NCBI GenBank assembly: GCA_024704765.1
Contig: JAKMXF010000221.1
Location: forward strand, 248,001-312,000
Length of the DNA stretch: 64,000 nucleotides
Direction of reading: 5' to 3'
DNA from: Oopsacas minuta
Lineage: Eukaryota; Animalia; Porifera
Position numbers and translations under genes: made by a program. Under the pieces are notes generated by a model. It did not search any database and was not told the origin of the DNA. It saw only the letters and a list, made by a program, of their open reading frames with translations. This document shows positions 59,538 to 64,000 of the stretch, piece after piece; position 1 is the first letter of the stretch; the number at the start of each line of letters is the position of its first letter.

Positions 59538-60243
59538 GTTGACTAATTATTTTATACATTTGCATCATTTTTATACAAAACAATTCCACATATGTTATAC
59601 AGAATTGTACTTCTTGAAGAAGTCATTGGTTTGCATTATTTTCCTGAATTATTGCGATAATTAGAATATGCGTAATATACTACCACATACTACCTTGGCC
59701 ACATAATATCTACGAACAAATATCAGCGTTATTTGTATCATGCCAATTCTATTTTTGTTCTGTTTGCATGCGTCACATGATATGAGTATACACCAGCTTA
59801 TGACGACGCGACGAGACCACTGCTTTCTGTCCATTTATTTGGTTTAATTAACTCTTTTTTCCTATTAATACGATGATGATTAGGGAATTATACAATTATA
59901 GACCAGATGACGTTGAATTTATACTCTTGCATCAATGGGTACAGGTAGACTTTTGAGTGAGGATTTTTCTCTTAAATCTTTTGATATTCGTATACTACAG
60001 TCCAAGAATGTTGTAACTCCTAATCCCCAAATTATTTGAACCTTGGAATTCCCGAACAATACAAATATATCAACATTTTAATTACCTTACTCAGGATCTG
60101 ACAATCCAGCTGTCTAGCATAATTATTTCCTCATTTAATTATTGTCTGTGGTTAGTTGTCAAATAATTTCATCATTTACTTATTGATTACATATATCAAT
60201 CTTACATTGCTGTGCTAAGTTAGCTTTGAGTCTATCCTAGCAG

Positions 60244-61173
60244 ATGGCACAATCTAACACTCTACTGTATCGCTTAGAGCATGCTCATGACGATGAGATC
60301 TGGACAGTAGCCTGGATGCACAACGAGCATACAGACAAGGAATATATTGTTACTGGGGGAGTTGATGATGTAGTGAAATGCTTTATTTGGGATGAAACAG
60401 ACTCTGAGCTAAGATTGCATCATACATTTGAAGGCCATCATCTCGGGATTCTATCTGTAGATATTGATCCACTGGGCAGGTATGCTGCATCTAGTTCACT
60501 AGATAGTAATATAAAAGTCTGGGATTTGGAAGCAGGAAAACTAATGAAGAATATTGAAGCTGGGCCAGTTGATGTCTGGTCTCTAGCTTTCTCACCGAAT
60601 GGTCAGATAATAGCCACAGGCAGTCATAATGGAAGAATCAATCTGTTCGGGGTTACTTCAGGTTTGAAAGAAGGGACTCTAGATACCAGAGGAAAGTTTA
60701 TTTTGAGCGTAGCTTTCAGTCCTGATGGTAAGATCATTGCATCTGGTGCAATTGACGGAATGATATCTGTATTCGATTTAACCAACGGAAAGATTATGCA
60801 TACACTTGAAGGACATGCCATGCCTATTCGTAGCTTAACATTCTCAAAAGATTCTAAATACTTAGCTACAGCATCTGATGATAAACACATAAAAGTGTAC
60901 GAAGCTAAATCTGCAGTGCTGGTAGCTACACTACCTGGACATGGTTCCTGGGTACTCTCTATCAGCTTCTCTCCCGATAATATCCATTTTGCTTCTGCCT
61001 CGAGTGACAAAACTGTTAAAATATGGGATATCCAAACTAAGAAATGCGAGCAAACCTTTTCAGATCACCAAGATCAAGTGTGGGGTGTGGCTTACAATCA
61101 GACAGGAAATAAACTTGTATCAGTTTCTAATGATAGAAACATTTACGTGTATGGAGTTGAAAAGTCTACTTAA
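60244..61173 (+). CDS. WDR61: WD repeat protein 61 / SKI8
   Basis: 309 aa; [15 protein letters not shown]-like repeats, [34 protein letters not shown]. Confidence 0.93.
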   Translation: MAQSNTLLYRLEHAHDDEIWTVAWMHNEHTDKEYIVTGGVDDVVKCFIWDETDSELRLHHTFEGHHLGILSVDIDPLGRYAASSSLDSNIKVWDLEAGKLMKNIEAGPVDVWSLAFSPNGQIIATGSHNGRINLFGVTSGLKEGTLDTRGKFILSVAFSPDGKIIASGAIDGMISVFDLTNGKIMHTLEGHAMPIRSLTFSKDSKYLATASDDKHIKVYEAKSAVLVATLPGHGSWVLSISFSPDNIHFASASSDKTVKIWDIQTKKCEQTFSDHQDQVWGVAYNQTGNKLVSVSNDRNIYVYGVEKST

Positions 61174-61370
61174 ACTATTCTAATTTGTTAATAAATAAAT
61201 TACACAGAAATACATACAAACATTGCCATTGGCTTTTAATAACTAAAATCTGTTAAGTTCCATTAATATTTCGGGAAACATCTACTCTAATAATACACAA
61301 ATTCCTCATTAATTAGCGAATATACTCCAGTGAATTCCTTAAACTCTTGCAATACTACAAATCCCTTACT

Positions 61371-62210
61371 TTAAGCCTGAGAGATCCTGATTTGATAGTT
61401 CCTGCTATCGTTATTGTCCCAATACTCACGTCCATTAGTAATGTACTGTATAGCGAATTCTATACAGCCTGATTCACACGGTAGATAGAATAGGAAGCAA
61501 TCTGAGGAATGGTTTACATTCCCCCTTTCTTCATGGTAGGTTGCTGTTGCGTTGAAACTAGTTTTCCATGAATCTTTTGTCCAGCGTACCATCACTGATT
61601 TCATGTAACTTATATTCACAACTCTGATTTTTCCTCTGAAAGTGCTGCCTTCTAGAATTATTTCTTGGAGAGATACCATGTTATTTCGCATTCCTTCCAT
61701 GCAATCTTGCTTAGCATAAGACCATTGGTTTTTCTTTACAACTCTCTTTAGCGTAGGAACAGGAGAAATACTCTGTTTAGGTATTTCCGTTGAGAACGGG
61801 TATAATGAGTTGAAGTCCTCTTCTACTCTCTGTTCGAATTCACTCAATTTTGGGACCTCTTTAACTTGTGTTAATACTTTACCCATCAAATCGGCGAAGG
61901 AGACTTGTTTTCTTATGTTACTCTTTTCTATTGCTCCTGATTTATTTTTCAGTATGCCCCGATGTGTAGGTGGATGCGAGGCTGATCTTCTCAAACATAA
62001 CTGCGGAATTGACCCATCAAACTGGTAGCTCGTTGACGTATGTTGTTCTCTAGATTTGGCAGGTACTGCTTGCTTGGAAGGATCAGCTGTTTTTATCTTA
62101 GATGGTGCACCCACATAACAGCTCCCCGAGTAATTGTGAACTTCTCTTAGCTCAAATGGTTTGTAGCTGCTTTCTGAGACGCTCCCCTTGCTGAGTACCA
62201 ACACTGACAT
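61371..62210 (-). CDS. PPP1R3: Glycogen-targeting PP1 regulatory subunit 3 family protein (CBM21)
   Basis: 279 aa; RVxF motif KQVSFAD, CBM21 motifs GKIRVVNISYMKSVMVRWT and EFAIQY...YWDNNDSRNY. Confidence 0.87.
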   Translation of the reverse strand: MSVLVLSKGSVSESSYKPFELREVHNYSGSCYVGAPSKIKTADPSKQAVPAKSREQHTSTSYQFDGSIPQLCLRRSASHPPTHRGILKNKSGAIEKSNIRKQVSFADLMGKVLTQVKEVPKLSEFEQRVEEDFNSLYPFSTEIPKQSISPVPTLKRVVKKNQWSYAKQDCMEGMRNNMVSLQEIILEGSTFRGKIRVVNISYMKSVMVRWTKDSWKTSFNATATYHEERGNVNHSSDCFLFYLPCESGCIEFAIQYITNGREYWDNNDSRNYQIRISQA

Positions 62211-63199
62211 TTCTTTGAGGATTACTAGTTTGTAATTGAAAGGCTATTACTCTCTTTATCAAAGTATGGTCATACTCCTATATTTATACTCGCCCGATTA
62301 TTTCGAATCGATCTGCAGATGAGCTTGAATAGGCTGTAGCTCTGACATCCAAAACGCTGTTAATGACTCTAGATTATGATGTCATAACTAACCATGTATT
62401 TGTATCGATTTCACCCAGTTCTTTGTGTTTATCTCTCCTTAAATTTTAGTAGTCCATTTAGAGACTGGTATATTAGCCAGCTCATCAGTTTTCAGCATTA
62501 GGGTTACACATGTTTTTGGTTAATGTTAATACATTATATAATGCATATTTCAATTCGTATATTTTGAAATAGTTCGATAGTTCATTTACAGTTTTTTAGC
62601 GTTTTTCTTATAACCCTATAGATTATCCCAAATTTGGATATTGTTATGAAATTTTATGGCCAGGAATGCTTTGTTATACATCGAGTGGATTATTTACCTG
62701 ATTAATTCATAATTTTTGCACTATTTGTATATTTACTTATCAATGGGGATTATTCCCAGAAATTATTCCAGTTATTTATGGCCTACGTGTACAAATGTAC
62801 ACAGCCATCCGACTTGTTGTTATGATTGCCAAACTGAAATATTTAATTCCTTAATTTTCTGGATATTCTATTACTAGTGAAGTTACTTATTATGAGAAAT
62901 TAACTGTGTACTTTATTAATTCGATTTGATAAAGACCGCGTTTAATTCAATTCCCATTTCGTGATTATGCCAGTAATTTTTAGTTTATACGTATGATTAG
63001 TGTAAATAATTATTCCCAATACGTGCTGTGCTGTATTATCACGTATAAACTAACACAATGACCTGTATCATATCCAATATCAGTTCTCATACAAATTGTT
63101 TACGTATTATTTAATCACTTCGTTCATGCTATTCTCTTGTAAAATCAAAATTAATGCCATCAAGTGTTTCTACATAGGTAATATTCATTTTATACTCAA

Positions 63200-63775
63200 A
63201 TGGCTCAAGATATTATCAATGCTGTGAGGGACTGTGCCTGTACGGTGTGGTCGCCTGCCCCTTCAGAAGATGAGAGCACATCACAAAGATTATATTACTT
63301 CCTTAAGCCAGAAGGTCTGCTTAGACTTGTTTTCATCATTACTTGTGTTCTAATAATATCCTTATGTATCCCTCTCTATGAACAGCCAAGCATGATAGGT
63401 TTCTTGGTATATGCTCAAATATCATGTGCATTAATGTCTATGTACTATCTATTCTCTATACTACTTCGTGTTGCTGGTCTTCTACTCCGCGACCTCTTAT
63501 ACTTCAAAATTGATTTATTATTAGAAATAGTATTCACTGCATTTAATATTGCTAATATAATTGTATGGTTGATTTATTCAGTAAATCTTACTCATGAGTA
63601 TAAGCAGAATACTGCTAGTGGTATAGCTACATCTGGTAGTCGTTATGATAATATTAGTCTTACTAATTTCTGCTTCACTGCTACACTTATCATCTGCTCT
63701 TTATACTTTAGTGTTCTTTCCTCTTACGTCATTATCAGAAAGCCAATTGTCCTCCAGAAGGAGTACAACAACTGA
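63200..63775 (+). CDS. Four-TM MARVEL-like membrane protein
   Basis: 191 aa with four hydrophobic helices; YFLKPEGLLRL resembles the start of MARVEL domains. Confidence 0.55.
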   Translation: MAQDIINAVRDCACTVWSPAPSEDESTSQRLYYFLKPEGLLRLVFIITCVLIISLCIPLYEQPSMIGFLVYAQISCALMSMYYLFSILLRVAGLLLRDLLYFKIDLLLEIVFTAFNIANIIVWLIYSVNLTHEYKQNTASGIATSGSRYDNISLTNFCFTATLIICSLYFSVLSSYVIIRKPIVLQKEYNN

Positions 63776-64000
63776 CAGTATCTTCCTATTCTCTTATGTA
63801 ATCTTGTTAATACCATATTTTCACGTTTCACTTGTTTTCATATTTTTATTGTTCTGGTTATACTCTAGATATGTCAGATTATTTATGTATTCTTCCTTAT
63901 ACATTTTGTAGTCACTTCTATTAAATATATATGTTTGCTTTATTATCCGTTATTGCAATATTTTGTTGTTATTTACTAGTTCAATCTACCTAAAATATGT

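Noticed and set aside
59860-60110. C-box-like ATGATGA at about 59873 and TAAATCTTT resembling part of U5 snRNA
   Set aside because: No suitably spaced D box with a terminal stem, and the U5 loop I sequence does not follow.
402-62028. Dozens of 60-200 aa antisense or alternate-frame ORFs (e.g. 17393-17986, 8097-8444, 29285-29614, 55393-55890, 60624-61010)
   Set aside because: They lie wholly over well-supported CDSs, have no recognisable motifs, and are the expected shadows of biased codon usage.
62260-62520. Stop-interrupted minus-strand coding-like stretch upstream of PPP1R3; possible decayed transposon or uORF
   Set aside because: No recognisable domain and no frame longer than about 20 codons.
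62600-63030. Repeated ATTATTCCC-like words and a GTGTAC-AAAT-GTACAC hairpin (about 62788-62803)
   Set aside because: Short, imperfect and irregularly spaced in AT-rich DNA; not CRISPR-like and not the CSL consensus GTGGGAA.
1-64000. Non-canonical (GC-AG or U12) introns, tRNA/rRNA genes, CRISPR arrays, prokaryotic defence systems
   Set aside because: All traced introns are GT-AG, no RNA-gene or direct-repeat/spacer signatures were seen, and the locus is plainly eukaryotic.

Overview
Gene-dense, AT-rich animal genomic DNA with about 23 protein-coding loci in 64 kb and tiny GT-AG introns (mostly 48-74 nt). The gene set (Notch, axonemal dyneins, KAT8/KANSL3, NPRL3), the compaction and the NHL-repeat and orphan multi-TM genes suggest an early-branching metazoan, possibly a glass sponge such as Oopsacas; this taxonomy is inference only. 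Order: partial outer-arm beta dynein heavy chain, MED22, cathepsin B, Skp1-fusion protein, intronless GCN1, ATP5MF, CHMP5, CLUAP1, TMEM242(-), VWA orphan, NPRL3, DNAH1(-, 34 exons) with kynureninase nested antisense in its only long intron, TRAPPC2L(-), KAT8, frameshifted 7TM-like gene(-), KANSL3, frameshifted NHL gene, WDR45B, an atypical Notch, WDR61, PPP1R3(-), MARVEL-like gene. I found no RNA genes, CRISPR arrays or intact mobile elements. Main leads: (1) splice-acceptor-like AGs just upstream of most start codons, with 120-270 nt same-strand spacers, suggesting operons resolved by SL trans-splicing; (2) a nested KYNU with an Asp-to-Asn change at the PLP-binding residue; (3) a Skp1 fused to an F-box-like/SHDQGW domain; (4) KAT8 next to its NSL partner KANSL3; (5) a Notch with only two LNRs, a non-Trp RAM motif and a Thr-rich stalk. 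All splice models were read by eye, and homologies come from recalled family motifs, not database searches.
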